64,000 bases of DNA from Octopus sinensis. Lineage: Eukaryota. Location of the stretch: positions 73,904,001 through 73,968,000 of the forward strand of contig NC_042998.1 in assembly GCF_006345805.1 (NCBI RefSeq), read 5' to 3'. The translations under genes and the position numbers were made by a program. The stretch's first letter is position 1, and every line of letters begins with the position of its first letter. Shown here one piece after another: positions 1 through 14,161 of this stretch. A model generated the notes under the pieces. It saw only the letters and a list, made by a program, of their open reading frames with translations. It was not told the origin of the DNA and did not search any database.

Positions 1-130
1 TTGTTGTTGTTGTTGTTGTTGTTGTTGTTCAGACTCTTCTTGATAATGACGATGATGATGATGATGATGGGGGAGGATAATGATGGTGACGATGTTGATA
101 GTGGTGGTGGTGGTGAGGATGTTCCTTGTG
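1..130. repeat. (TTG)n/(GAT)n/(GGT)n trinucleotide low-complexity tract
   Basis: Directly visible tandem triplets. Confidence 0.9.
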
Positions 131-240
131 TTTTTTTATTTTGGTGATGTCAAAATATTAGGCTTTGAGAATGATGGAACCCTGTCTTTTGTGTGATTCG
201 CTATCTCCCTCTCTACCCCACCACCTCTGTGCGTATGAGG

Positions 241-301
241 ATATATATATATATATATAATATATATATATATTATATATATATATATATAATATATTAT
301 A

Positions 302-333
<32 letters not shown>

Positions 334-363
334 CATGCATATATACTTATATACATACGCACG

Positions 364-441
<78 letters not shown>

Positions 442-598
442 ATATATATATACATATACGCATATATTCATTTATATATGTGTATGTGTATAAACATACA
501 TTTATAAATGTATATGTATACGTATCGTCTTCTATCTCTGTAACCCTCTCTATCCCTCTATGTACATATATACATACATATATATGTACATATAGATA

Positions 599-647
<49 letters not shown>

Positions 648-659
648 TATACATATATA

Positions 660-704
<45 letters not shown>

Positions 705-708
705 ATAG

Positions 709-753
<45 letters not shown>

Positions 754-760
754 CATTATA
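241..760. repeat. Compound (TA)n/(TG)n microsatellite
   Basis: Directly visible; source of the YI-rich ORFs. Confidence 0.95.
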
Positions 761-1862
761 TACGTATATATATACAGAAGCATATATACATACATGCGTG
801 TATGCCCATTGACGATGCCGATTTACTACTTTCCACGTCATCTAATCTCCTTTTCTTCTCTAATTCATATTAACATATCTCTCGAAGATTAGCAATGTTT
901 GTGCATATAAGAACGTACGTCTATATACATACATACCATATATTTTTTTTGTGTGTGTATGTGTGTGTGTAGATATGTATGTATGCAAGTTCCTATATGA
1001 GAGCCTGTATATATGTGACATGAATGTTTAGTTGATAAATATGTTGATAAAATACAAACTGCAACTCTGCCAAATGACATCTGAAAAGTAAAAGTAACGA
1101 TTGAAAGAACAATGAGAGGAGATATAGGAGATCTATCAGTTTGGCAAACGTCTCTGTTTTCTTTTTGCATGATTTTGAGATGGTGTGTGAGGGATGGCAA
1201 TGGAAGAGGTCGACATCCTTTACTATGATCTGATTAGGAGATTCTGAGTTTTGGGGTCAAATCCTGAAAGAAAACACTTGGAATTTTATCTTATCAGAAA
1301 CAAGTATAATAATGAATATTGTGTGTCTGTGTGTGTGTTATACCAATTTTTGTTTAAAACTTGGCCATCCTTGGTCAAAAAGTTTTCCTGTGTAACCAAC
1401 ACTTTATAGTTTGTTTTTGACACCCTGTATCTATGACCACGTTATCCAATATGTCCTTCTTTTTTAAAACGGCAGAGTACCATATTCGGTTGCTATTTCT
1501 AGCAGGTCAAGCAATTTCATAGGCACTCTCTCGTTAGCGTCTGTAATATTTTGCAGCAGATTAATTAAAATTTCTCGCTACATCCTCAAAAATAATCTAA
1601 TTAAACATGACATAGAACCGTGATGAGTTCCAAATATAATTTAATTAAATATAACCTTATAAAGTAGCGCTGCGTTTCAATTATTGAGGTTCGATTCACA
1701 GTTACAATTGCTTCATTAAATATATTTCATGGTACTCGGAAAAGCATTAATCTCACAACTTCTCATAAGTCCTTAAATTCCTTAAATCTAGGAATATACA
1801 CTGATATGAGAAAGTATTATAACTCGGTATAGGACAAACCACTGGCAATAGTTCTCTCTCTG

Positions 1863-1938
<76 letters not shown>

Positions 1939-3487
1939 ATTTATTGTTTTTATTTACAGAGGAGAATAGTTTTAAAATCAGTTGATACATTTCTTGCCCA
2001 TCGTATCATTGATTAATGTAAATTCTTTGCAGATTCTGCTATGCAGCATCCTTCTCGAAGACAGACATGAAACCCAAGAATTTATGACGAGTTATCTGGT
2101 TCATATCAGTTCCAATCAACAGTCTAACCCACTAGCTCCGATATTCACCCATCCACTACCACCCATTCCAGTTATGTGTTGATTGAATTACAAGGATGAA
2201 TGACTAACAGACAGAACAGAAATTAAATCACATCCTCGTAAAACTGATCGAAGTTCCTTTCTTCACTTTACAAAGTCTAACACTCGACTCCCTCTTTACA
2301 GTTCACCGACAATATCAGGTTATGTGCCAGCGGTTATCGTATGTTTTTTTTTTAATATTCTCACATGCCACCTAAACACACGCCACTACATTCTACAAAT
2401 ATGTTCACCCCAAATACAATTTAATCGTTAATTTACTTGTTGAAAAAAAAAAAGAAGCCCAGAATTTTTCGAAAATTGATTTTCATTCCTCTCAATCTTC
2501 ATATTCTAGTAATGTGTTTTTCCAGTCCTTCCCCCCACCACCTATTTTTCCTCTCTCCCGTTTCTCTCTGATCCTATTTTATTCGTTATGGATCCATAAA
2601 AATATCAATTTATAATGTAAAAAAAGAAACTCTAAATTCTTCTTGTTATGTTCTGTTTTGTTTTTTTTCTAAATTGTGTTAAGACGTGTATGTGTAATGA
2701 CACGACTCCGTAAAAGACTATTTTCAATGTCATTTGGCGAGGCAAGCATTTCTAAGATGACATGTCATATTGATTGGCTAACTTCAGTGCAGTTCAGTGA
2801 AATGGAGGAAATTCTATGCCTCCATTTGCAAAATTCAATATGCAAGATGGCGTCGTCGAGCATCAGCCAATGCTAACTTATTGCAGTTTTCATATCGAGA
2901 GTTAACAATGACAAACAAGTTGGAAAAATATAAATCATAGAAAATAAAAGTGATTTGCAGAAAAATCTTTATTTGATGTCATAGAGAATGGTTTGAAAAA
3001 ATATTACTGGTTTTGACATCCTGTTCATATTTTGAAACCAATATTTGGATTTGATTTCATCATGAATGTACATATGTCGTGGTATTTTTTTCATTTCTAG
3101 ATATGTGTGTATGTGCATATGGGTATATTTGTGCGCATGCACAATCAATTGTGTTGCTTAATACATGTGTGCATATGTGTGGTTGAATATATATGTGTGT
3201 GTACTTGTATGAGAATTTTATTGTATGCTTCTATAACTAACTATGTATCCATATACGGTATATTGCCGAAGCATATACATATACAGGCGTCTCTGCGGAT
3301 GTAAAAATTTATGTTAGCAGATGAAATGGCTGTATTTATGTAATTTTTCTGTGCTACGTATATGCATAAGTATACATACACATACGCACACACAAACATA
3401 CACAGACACACAATCACACACACACACACACACACACACGTACCCGCACACACATATATATATGTATATATCGCAGTATCGCAATAT

Positions 3488-3775
3488 CGACCAGACATCA
3501 AATGCTGTTATACACTGCTAGTCACAATGCGCTTTCATTTCTGACTTGATTGCGCTATTCTTTTCCATCATGACCCAAACCGCTTAACTAAATCGTTTGT
3601 TCAACGTCATGGAGGCCTTCCCAATGGGCTTTTCCGATATTTTAGATGCCACTCGGCAACTACACAGGTCTACCGGTTGTCTGTGAAACCTTGTGACATG
3701 TCCGGCCAGCGGATCTTGTGCTTTCGGTACTCTGCGATCACATCATTCAATCCGTTCTGTTCTCGAAATATCTCT
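3488..3775 (-). mobile_element. RTE-clade LINE 3' end fragment (degraded ORF C-terminus plus tail)
   Basis: Reading through frameshifts, the minus strand gives EQNGLNDVIAEYRKHKIRW.GHVTRF.DNR..VVAEWHLKYRKSPLGRPP, matching the RTE C-terminal RWAGHV..R/LGRPP motif; tail contains GCGCATTGTGAC. Confidence 0.75.
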
Positions 3776-3822
3776 TTTGAATATGCTCATACACACACAC
3801 ACACACACATACACACAAATAT

Positions 3823-3975
3823 AGGGGAGTACATGGCTGTGTAGTAAGAAACTTGCTTCCCAATTACATGGTTACGGGTTCAGTCCCACTGCATGGCACT
3901 GTGGGCGTCTTCTACTATAGCTTTGGACTGCCCAAACCCTTGTGAGTGGATTTGGCAGACGATATATATATATAT

Positions 3976-4055
<80 letters not shown>

Positions 4056-4290
4056 ATATGCATTCATGTATCTATGTATATATTTGTATGTGTATCTCTG
4101 TGTCTCTGTCCCCCCCTCACCGCTTAACAACCGGTGCTGGTGTGTTTAAATCCCAGTAAAGGAGACCGATAGAATAAGTACTAGGCTTGCAAAGAATAAG
4201 CTCTAAAGTCGATTTCTTCGACTAAAAAATATTTTAAGGCGGTGCTTTAACATGGCCGCAGTCAAATGACTGATACGTGTAAAAGAAAAG
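3823..4290 (+). mobile_element. Octopus-type tRNA-derived SINE, group S1 (GGCTGTGTGGTAAG head), with internal (TA)n
   Basis: A-box/B-box head (TGGCTGTGTAGTAAG...GGGTTCAGTCCC), conserved body and CAGTCAAATGACTGA tail shared with many copies in the window. Confidence 0.85.
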
Positions 4291-4301
4291 GAGATATATA
4301 T

Positions 4302-4338
<37 letters not shown>

Positions 4339-4559
4339 CAGAAAAATACTGGGTGTACTTCGGTCGCTTCAAGTTTCGTGTCTTCAGAAGAAAATAATTA
4401 GATCCGTAAATTCAAAGCTAAGTCATCACTCGCAAGCGAATATGACCTGGCAAAAGTAACACGCTCTCGCCAGTTGCTTTAGGTATTCATGCAATGACAA
4501 ACAATTATAGAAAACCTTAATACCGTCCTGCTTTTGAACCAGCGTGGGACATCGACGTT

Positions 4560-4730
4560 TTGCTAACTGGAGGGAGAGTGGGCAACACCGTTGGCAGGGT
4601 GCTACCCATTTTCAGGTGGAGTAACGTGAGAGCACATTCTTCGCTCAAAGACACATAGCACCGCTCAATTTATGAATTGAACCCATGATCTTAGGAACAT
4701 GATCGCAACATGCTAACCATCGGTCTACTT
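4560..4730 (-). mobile_element. Degraded tRNA-derived SINE, group S3
   Basis: Similarity to the S3 core (GCAACGTGAAAT..GCTCAAG.ACAC) and head on the minus strand. Confidence 0.55.
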
Positions 4731-4755
4731 ACCTTCTGATTTCTATAGTTCGAGT

Positions 4756-4819
<64 letters not shown>

Positions 4820-5339
4820 CATAGCTCTGTGCGTATGTGTGCTTTTTACGCGCACACATAATCTACCGAATATGTGCGTAGGAGTACTCAAATATGCGTG
4901 TGCACGCAAGAGACAGACAGATACACACGCACGCAGACACACACACCACACACACACACACACAAGACGTTTGTATATGAATGTGTGCATGCATGTATGT
5001 TAGGATGGCAATCTTCGAGTATACATTTGTTGTGCTTAAATGCTACGCTATCCAATAGATGTGGTTAAGAATATGTCTGCTACTATACGTCTGCTAGTCT
5101 TTTGACATCGTATTGAAGAATAGTTCCGAAGAACTGAAAAATGTTAAACCAATCTATATGCATCATAGAGTTCTTACTGGAGTATCAGCAATCTGAGATC
5201 AAAGAGAATCACAGAACATTGCGTCTACTTTAACTCTGTTTATTATTGTGTGATACAATGTTTTGTGTGAAGAAATTGGGGAGGGATGTAGTGGGGTGCT
5301 CAGATTTCTTGCTTTTCACTTGCTTGATGTACCAATATC

Positions 5340-5790
5340 TCATCGTAGTGATAGTGACTGTGGTGAATGTGTTGTTGTTGATGGTGGCTGTCATGGTGGT
5401 GGTGGTAGTTGCTGGGGAGGAGGTGGGAGCAGTGGTGATGGTGATGATGGTGGTGGTAGCAGTGTTAATCGATGTGGTGGAAATGGTAGCGGTGGTGAAT
5501 GTGGTGGTTGATGGTGGTAGTGGTGGTAATGGTAATGGTGATGGTGATTGTGGTGGTGGCGGTGGTACTGTTAGTAGTGGTGGTTGTACTGTTAGTAGTG
5601 ATGGTAATGGTGATGGTGGTGGTGGCGTGGTGGTGATGGTGTTGGTGGTGATGGTGTTGGTGGTGATTGTGTGGTAGTAGTGGCATTAGTAGTAGTGGTG
5701 GTTAGTAGTAGTGGTAGTTTTGATGGTTTTGATGATGGTGGTGGTAGTGGTGGTTGTAGTGGTTGTAGTGGTTGTAGTGGTAGTGGTGAT
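5340..5790. repeat. (GGT)/(GAT)/(AGT) low-complexity tract
   Basis: Directly visible; explains the poly-V/poly-G/poly-T ORFs. Confidence 0.9.
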
Positions 5791-6312
5791 AGGAATCAAT
5801 CAACATTATTGCAATGTAGTCGAATTTTTAGTTATTGTTTAGTTATGTAATTGCAAACAACTATAAGAACGGCAATAACAACAAGAAGAATGATAGCAAT
5901 AATGGTTGGCTCAATGAGTTAACGTTGTTTGGTCCCTTGGTCAACCTTGCTTGAAAGTAGCTTTGGTCAAAAGCCTTCCAGTTGTGCCATCCCATCTTTT
6001 AACATATCTAGTACTACAACATGACATGCATCCTTCTATCTTTAAATCCGTAGAATGTGATTTGAGGGGAATTTGACAGTTATTTCAAAACAGTTATGAG
6101 ACCATGTCGAGGTTCTTTGGTTAGTTCTTAAGTCAACCACATACAAAGTAGCATGAGCACTCACAATTTTCCCCTCACACACATTCAACCTCTTCGGCCA
6201 TTGCCTACTTACCCACCTAGTTTCAAAATGTAATTACACTAATAAAAATATCATTCAAATTTCAATTCGATTAATTATTAACCTGTTTCGCCTATACACA
6301 CTCACACATGCA

Positions 6313-6357
<45 letters not shown>

Positions 6358-6401
6358 CACACACACACACACGCACACACATACACACATATATATATAA
6401 A

Positions 6402-6545
6402 GGCTGGCAATTGGCAGAGTGGTTACAGCGTTGGACAGTTTGCTTTGGGGTAATCGTTCGAATGCTCTGCGTTGAAAGTTCGAATACAGCTAAGAATAAC
6501 TTTGCCTTTCATAATTTCAGAGTACGTCTTATACCTGGACCCATT
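6402..6545 (+). mobile_element. tRNA-derived SINE fragment, group S2 (GGCGAGCTGGCAGAA head)
   Basis: Degenerate match to the S2 copies at 30803-31045 and 41300-41537. Confidence 0.6.
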
Positions 6546-6568
6546 CTTTACTCCTTGTTACTCATTCT

Positions 6569-6663
<95 letters not shown>

Positions 6664-7229
6664 GGTGTGTTTCTGGAAGAGATCGTTATGTTCAATCCTG
6701 AAGAGGGATGTGCCCCGACAGGACAAAAAAATGTCCAAGATGCGCTACATTTTACGACGATGCCCTACAATTTCATCAAAGACTTAAGGGTCCAAAGTAA
6801 AGCAAGGTACACACCCACATATAACCAAATAATTAGCATAATTTATTCAAACCAAACAGAATTCTGTCTTAATTTTAAAAAAAACGTTACCGCTATTCTA
6901 ATTTTAAGCACTAATATCTTCTTTCTTTAACATTACTTCATATGGGCTGTTGCCTACGGGATGAACCCTACTAATCACTATGTGATATTTAACGTATGAA
7001 TTTCCACTCTAGATTTTGACGCTAAAATTATCTTATATCGAATTCTTTTTACCTCAGAGGGTATATGGTAAAGTACAGATTACCCAGTGATGAGTGTGCG
7101 TGTGTGTGTGTGTGTGTTCAAATATATATATATATATACTCACAGAGCTACATATATACGCAAACATACACGCACATACATATGTGTGTGTATGTATGTA
7201 TGTACATGTTCACATACATATACAAAGGT

Positions 7230-7878
<649 letters not shown>

Positions 7879-8087
7879 ATATATATAATTTAAAATTTAA
7901 TAAGGGTAGAAATTGATATTAATCAATTAAAACCAGTGACCCAGCATATTAAAAAAATCAGAGATTAAAATATTTTTACATACAAAATTTAAAGGACTGA
8001 ACACTAAAAGTGGACGGTCAACATGCTAGATATAGACGTCAAATCGCTATTTTCCACAAAGAATATGTTCTCAAATAAAAACTCACC

Positions 8088-8154
<67 letters not shown>

Positions 8155-8435
8155 GACCTCGAACCCACAAGAGTTAACAAGAGAGTCAGAGACAGGCAGA
8201 AAAAAGGAAAATGCCACTTATATTTGAACACTATAGAAATATTCTTTTAAAAAAAAACTTTTCTTTTAATCTTTCTAAATTTAATTATTTAAATGTTACA
8301 GTTGAAAAAGTCTCAATGACTGAAGCCGGTACTGAAATGTTCTTTATAAAATTATTTAAGCATTTTCAATCCTGACTTGTTTTTTCACATATATATATAT
8401 AATATACATATATATATATATATATATAATATATA

Positions 8436-8478
<43 letters not shown>

Positions 8479-8877
8479 TGAATTGCGTTTTTACCGCTTG
8501 GTTCGCTTTCAATGCCACTACATCCCGTCCGATTCGCTCCAAAATTTACAGGGACATGTAGAATGAGGTGACGATGCGCGTGGGCTACCTTAGAAATCCC
8601 TATCTTAAAAGGTGTGGTTGCTAGGGGCCATCTTCCTACCTCACCCTATTTCCTCCAGTACTCTGTCACTCTTCATTTGACAATGCAACTACCGTTATTT
8701 AATGTAAAGTCTTCCTCAAATCACTGTCGCTATTTACTCTCTTCCAAGAACATTTTCACTCACTCTTATCGCTTACCTTCCTATACATTTTACTCATGTA
8801 TCTATCAGCGTTCATGGACAGTAACAAATATTACATCGCCATCCCCATCGCCATCGCATTCTATTGTCTACCTGTCA

Positions 8878-8910
<33 letters not shown>

Positions 8911-9002
8911 CATATATCTAATATTATATTTTTATGTTTTTGTTTTTTTACTGTTTCATTTCCCTGTTAGTGGTTTGATCTCTAATTTAATTTCTACAGT
9001 GT

Positions 9003-9046
<44 letters not shown>

Positions 9047-9261
9047 CTATATGTGGCCCCAGTAGACCCGAATGAAATCGGGTTCTCTTCATCAAAATGT
9101 GAAAAGGGGTCTAGAATTATCATCACCACAACTTATGTTTTTCCTAATGATAATTATCATCGCCACCACCAACACACAATCATGACAATCTTTCTCTTAA
9201 AACAAATCATGTTTACATTGCAAAATATTTCATTTTCCCGTCCTCTCTTTCATATATGTGA

Positions 9262-11751
9262 CCCAGGTTTGGGTGGCCGCACAGCTACAATTAGACAACG
9301 GCTAAAAACATTCGATGTTGATAATGTCTGGATCGTTCCATTCAACCCTTTGCTTTCCAAAACATTAATGCACACATTAATGTTGAGTACTGCAGTTCGG
9401 TGAGATGCATACAATACCTCTGCAAGTACATTAATAAGGGCGATGATATGGCCGTGTTTGTGTTCAGTGATGAAGACCTTAGACATGACGAAATTAAACA
9501 ATTCGTTTGGGGTAGGTATGTATCCTCCAATTAAGCAGCGTGGCGCATTTTTGGATACGAGATTCATCTAAGCTCACCATCAGTTTTCCACCTGAATGTT
9601 CATTTACAGAAGAGACAGCTGGTTTAATTCACAGAGAAAAATGCACGTCAAGTCATTGAAAATCCAAAAGGGACTACGCTTACAGCATTTTTTAAATTGT
9701 GTTCAGTTGATGAGTTTGCTGCTACTCTCATTTACCCTGAAGTACCGGAATATTACACATACAACAACAATAATTGGAAGCGCAGGTCACATGGAGCAGA
9801 ACTTGACAATTGGCCCGGTGTTTCTAGGAAGAACGTCATTGGGCGTGTGTATAATATCCATCCTACCAAACAGGAAATCTTTTTGAGAATGCTACTTCAT
9901 GTAGTTACTGGACCGAAGTCTTTTGCTGATCTTCGCACGGTTGATGGCATCATCTGCGCCACTTACAGGAAAGCATGTTTGAGGCGCGGACTTCTTCTCA
10001 ATGACGACCACTTACACAGGACATTAGCAGAGGCCTCAAATTGTAAACTGCCATGGCAAATGCGTCGATTGTTTTGTAGCATATTAATCCACTGTAATCC
10101 CAGCAACCCTCTTAACCTTTGGGAATCGTTCAGACAGAGCCTATCAAAGGACATACAGGCTAATTTAGCGCAACGTGATGGCAACGACGATGTAATTTAG
10201 CGCAACGTGATGGCATTAATCGACATGGACAGACACATCAGACGCTATGTTATACGCGGTTTAAGTGAATTCCATCTGCCAACACCTGTCCATCATGAAG
10301 CGCCTTTGGATATTGAATACATGTCAGAAAACAACTACAACATTGCCGAATTGACGGAAACAATTACGCGAGATGAACCAAGACTTTTGCCTGAACAAAG
10401 AGAGATTTATAATGAAATTATTGACAGCGTTAGATTGAACCAAGGAAAGCTTTTCTTTTTGAATGCTCCAGGTGGTACTGGTAAAACTTTCGTTATCAAT
10501 TTGATTCTCGCAAAGCTGCGCGCTGAACGTCGATTTGCCATTGCATGTGCCTCAAGTGGTATTGCAGCGACACTGCTTCAAGGCGGCCGTACGGCACATA
10601 GTGCATTCAAATTGCCCATGGACATTGGAAAGAAAGATAATCCTATATGTAATATAGATCGTAGTTCCTCAAGAGCAAGACTTCTTCGTGAATGCAGTCT
10701 TTTTATTTGGGATGAGGCTACAATGAGTAATAAGGCCATGTTTGAGGCTCTTGACAGAACTCTCCAAGATTTGCGTCAAAATACAAAAATAATGGGTGGA
10801 GCTACGTTTCTCATGGCAGGAGATTTTCGACAAACTCTTCCTGTTGTCCGAGCAGGCACTAGAGCTGATGAGGTTAATGCATGTATAAAGCATTCTTTTG
10901 TGTGGCACAGTGTTATCAGTCGCCATCTTCAAACAAACATGAGAGTCCACCTACATGGTGATGTGGAGTCTGAGGCTTTCGCAAAACACCTATTAGATCT
11001 TGGTGATGGAGTTTTGCCTTTCGTTGATGATGAGCATATTCGGTTGCCTTTTGGGAATTTCGTTCCAAATGTAGAAGAACTTATAAGAGCCGTTTTACCT
11101 GACGTCGAAACCAACTTCCAGGATCTCGATTGGCTAAGAGCAAGAGCTATTCTATCGCCTCATAATACAACAGCTCATGCTACAAATAAACAAGTACTTG
11201 ATATGAATCCTGGTGAGATAGTTTCTTTCATGTCCATCGATACAAATAAATATGAGAATGATGCAGTCAAATATCCATCCGAGCTACTCAACAAGCTAAC
11301 ACCTCCGGGACTTCCACCTCATCATTTGTGTTTGAAAGTTGGTGCTCCAATCATGGTGCTCAGAAATATGGAAACGCCTGAAATATGCAATGGAACCCGA
11401 ATGGTTATTAGGAGGATTCAAAGCCATGTTATAACTGCTGAAATTTTGAGTGGACCATTTGTAGGAACAATCAAAATGATACATAAAATGAGTATTTCAC
11501 CCTCTGATGTTCCCATTCAATTTAAACGCTTTCAATTTCCAATAAAACTATGCTTCGCGATGGCAATCAACAAGTCACAGGGACAATCACTGGACATTGT
11601 AAGCATTAACCTGTCACAACCGGTTTTCAGTCATGGTCAATTGTACGTAGCCTGTTCTCGAGTTGGAAATCCACATAAACTCTTCATTCTTGGCAATCAT
11701 GAGCGCACAAGGAACGTGGTTTATCAGGAGGCTCTGACAAAAGAAAACTGA
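9262..11751 (+). pseudogene. Helitron RepHel pseudogene (5'-truncated; HUH Rep motifs absent)
   Basis: DNVWIVPFNPLLSK / NAHINVEYCSSV..YLCKYINKG / GRYVSS..A.WRIFG / TTLTAFF / LRMLLHVVTGPKSFADLRTVDG motifs; one frameshift near 9366; in-frame stops at about 9532, 9625 and 10198. Confidence 0.92.
10207..11751 (+). CDS. PIF1-family (SF1B) helicase domain of the Helitron RepHel; open 514-aa frame
   Basis: Walker A APGGTGKT, IWDEATM, GDFRQTLPV, NGTR, FAMAINKSQGQSL, HGQLYVACSRV. Separated from the upstream part by an in-frame TAG, so expression is doubtful. Confidence 0.8.
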   Translation: MMALIDMDRHIRRYVIRGLSEFHLPTPVHHEAPLDIEYMSENNYNIAELTETITRDEPRLLPEQREIYNEIIDSVRLNQGKLFFLNAPGGTGKTFVINLILAKLRAERRFAIACASSGIAATLLQGGRTAHSAFKLPMDIGKKDNPICNIDRSSSRARLLRECSLFIWDEATMSNKAMFEALDRTLQDLRQNTKIMGGATFLMAGDFRQTLPVVRAGTRADEVNACIKHSFVWHSVISRHLQTNMRVHLHGDVESEAFAKHLLDLGDGVLPFVDDEHIRLPFGNFVPNVEELIRAVLPDVETNFQDLDWLRARAILSPHNTTAHATNKQVLDMNPGEIVSFMSIDTNKYENDAVKYPSELLNKLTPPGLPPHHLCLKVGAPIMVLRNMETPEICNGTRMVIRRIQSHVITAEILSGPFVGTIKMIHKMSISPSDVPIQFKRFQFPIKLCFAMAINKSQGQSLDIVSINLSQPVFSHGQLYVACSRVGNPHKLFILGNHERTRNVVYQEALTKEN

Positions 11752-12633
11752 TTGTAAGTCATGAAATTTTGCTTGATTTTTTATTTTGCACCTCTTCATT
11801 ATCTCTTCATTCTTGAAAATAAAGACATTAAAAAGAACATGGTTCATAAAGAACATTGGGTTCAGATGTTTGCAAACATTTGATCCAACTCATTCTCTTT
11901 ATTCCTCATTTTCCGATTCCTTCTACGTCTCCATTAAACGGTTTTGTCAAGTTATTGTTTCTTCGCTAACATAAGACATTCATAAAGTGAATGAGTTGTT
12001 AATTACATTTTATACACTATTCCATTGTTTAGGTGGTGTCGAAAGGACTGGCATGTGTCACCATATAAACTCTCTCAGTCAAACTCCCAACTCATGAGTT
12101 CACATCGTGATACTCTTTCTACAAAACTGAGCTGGGTGTGAATTCTAATTTCATTCACTATAACAGATTTTTTAATTTTTGAAACAAACACATTGCCTCT
12201 TTCGTTTTAAAACAATAAAACAATACTACCTTAATACATTGGTCCAACAAACAAAACATCCAACACTCTCATTCTTTTATGTATCTGTCTTCCTCCATCA
12301 CTCACTCACTTTTCTCCCTTCCTTTCACTTTCTATCTATAACGTCGTTTCACAGCGTCTACCTCCCTTACATTCACTTTCTCTTTATAACGTCGTTTCAC
12401 AGCGTCCGTTATCCCCCTCCCTGCCTTCCACAGCGCTTTCACACACTCTCACTCTCCACGTCTGTCTGCATTCATAGAGAGAATTATCATCGCCACAACC
12501 ACCACTCAATCATGACAACAAATATTATGAATCAGATATTTATTGGGTTAATTTATATATGTGTTTGTGTATCTATATATAAATATGTATATATAATAAT
12601 CTTTATACATACAAAGTGCATATATCTGTATTT

Positions 12634-12666
<33 letters not shown>

Positions 12667-12728
12667 GTATACATTTATATATATATACCACACTCTTACC
12701 CGCGCGTAGAGCGGGTCACCTTCAGCTA

Positions 12729-12729
<1 letters not shown>

Positions 12730-12815
<86 letters not shown>

Positions 12816-12967
12816 CATACATACATACATACATACATACATACATACATACATACATACATACATACATACATACTACATACATACATACATACATACA
12901 TACATACATACATACATACATACATACATACATACATACATACGTGTGTGTGTGTGTGTGTGTGTGT
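12730..12967. repeat. (TA)n/(TACA)n/(TG)n microsatellite at the Helitron 3' flank
   Basis: Directly visible. Confidence 0.95.
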
Positions 12968-13084
12968 AATGAAAGTTGGCTCGAAAGTAATCCAAAACTA
13001 GTTGGGCATAAATCGTTGAAATTGCACAAACATGTCGGGCGAATAACTATTCTAGTTAAATAGATCTTTCCCCTGTTCTTCTGC

Positions 13085-13960
13085 ATTGCACACGGTTTAT
13101 CCCTTCCAAGCAAAAGCAAGTGCCGTCATTCAGTTCTTGACGAGGGAGAGGTGCAGGCTATACGACATCTACAGAAGGCTACAGCTTGTTTACGGAGATG
13201 ACAACATTTACAGGAGTAATGTGTACGGATTGACGAAGAAAATTTAAAAAAGGAAAAGCCAGCATTGATGACAAAACACGAAGCTGGAAGCCACTAAGTG
13301 CAACCACTGACAGGAATCACCAGCGAGGCGACGAATTGATTTGCGTGAAGAGAGCTGTCACAATCCTTTAGCTTATTGCACAATTGGACAGTACTCACAG
13401 TACACTATAGAACATTATGAACGATTTTAGACATCGGAGAGTGTGTGCAAAGTGGGTACGACGGCAGTTCACACACGATTTGAAGGAGAGAAGAGTGGAA
13501 TTCTGCACTTTTCTGCTTAAAGCGTTTGAAACTAATGAACCTACATTCATTTTGAATTGTTTTTCTCGATTTTGGCGACAGGAAAGATAAGGTTCAGCGT
13601 ATGAAATGGCGTATGAAATGGCGTCATGTCTCATGTACAAGACTTTAAAAGAGCCAATAATTTTGGTCACTGATTTGTCATAGTGAATATTGATTGTTTA
13701 GGTCGGAATGACAAGGACGTCGTTCTCTTTGATTTCCTCTAAAGTGACTGCGCTATGAACAGCGAGCGCTACATTGAGGCATCCAAAAAGTTTAGACAAA
13801 CCATTAGAAGACAAAGCACGCAAGAAATCTTAGAACCTCTCTACGTCGACCATGACAATGTGTGACCGCACACACATATTTGGTAAATTGGGGTAAGTCA
13901 TTGTCCTCCATCTACAGCTCGGCCCGGATCTCGTGTCGTCCGAAATTTTACCTATTTGGA
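13085..13960 (+). mobile_element. Highly degraded mariner transposase relic
   Basis: Fragments read as QSAVIQFL, R.VCAKWVRRQ (cf. WVPR), HDN..PHT and SPDL.SS....LF through many frameshifts. Confidence 0.75.
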
Positions 13961-14161
13961 CTTCGAAGTCATTGTCAACAACATTCTTAATTAAGAATAA
14001 TCAATTTGTACCCTACAAAACTATAAAATTACTCCTACAAATATCACCTGAAGCGCAAAAAGTGTTCGAAATGTCAATAAAGGAGAGACGGACCACCAAT
14101 CCGTTAATTGTCGGCTTCTCAGATATCAACGGTTCTGAATACACCACACAGTGTCATCCTA

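Larger units (their letters stand above)
8463..12729 (+). mobile_element. Helitron (internally deleted autonomous-type copy)
   Basis: RepHel remnant; 3' hairpin ACCCGC-GCGTAGA-GCGGGT (12698-12716) then CTAG (12726-12729) followed by T. The 5' end TATATAAAACTG resembles the other Helitron starts but merges into (TA)n without a visible TC, so the start is approximate. Confidence 0.85.

Noticed and set aside
2032-2185. Exon-like segment after TTTGCAG (one frame reads ..NPRIYDELSGSYQF..)
   Set aside because: That frame has internal stops, the open frame has no recognisable similarity, and there is no supporting donor site.
4339-4400. Minus-strand CUGAAGA CAC GAAAC hammerhead-like core
   Set aside because: There is no stem II and stem I does not pair; at best an unrecognisable relic.
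8035-8080. Minus-strand UUGAGAA-CAUA/UGUG-GAAA with near-palindromic AAUAGCGAUU (U3-A8-type match)
   Set aside because: Stem I cannot form and there is no homologous copy in the window. It shows that relaxed cores can match by chance in AT-rich DNA.
10865-10871. CTGATGA inside the helicase ORF (similar isolated matches near 14603, 16164, 17465, 19742, 20935, 24737, 54058 and 63359)
   Set aside because: No correctly placed stem II plus GAAA plus stem I.
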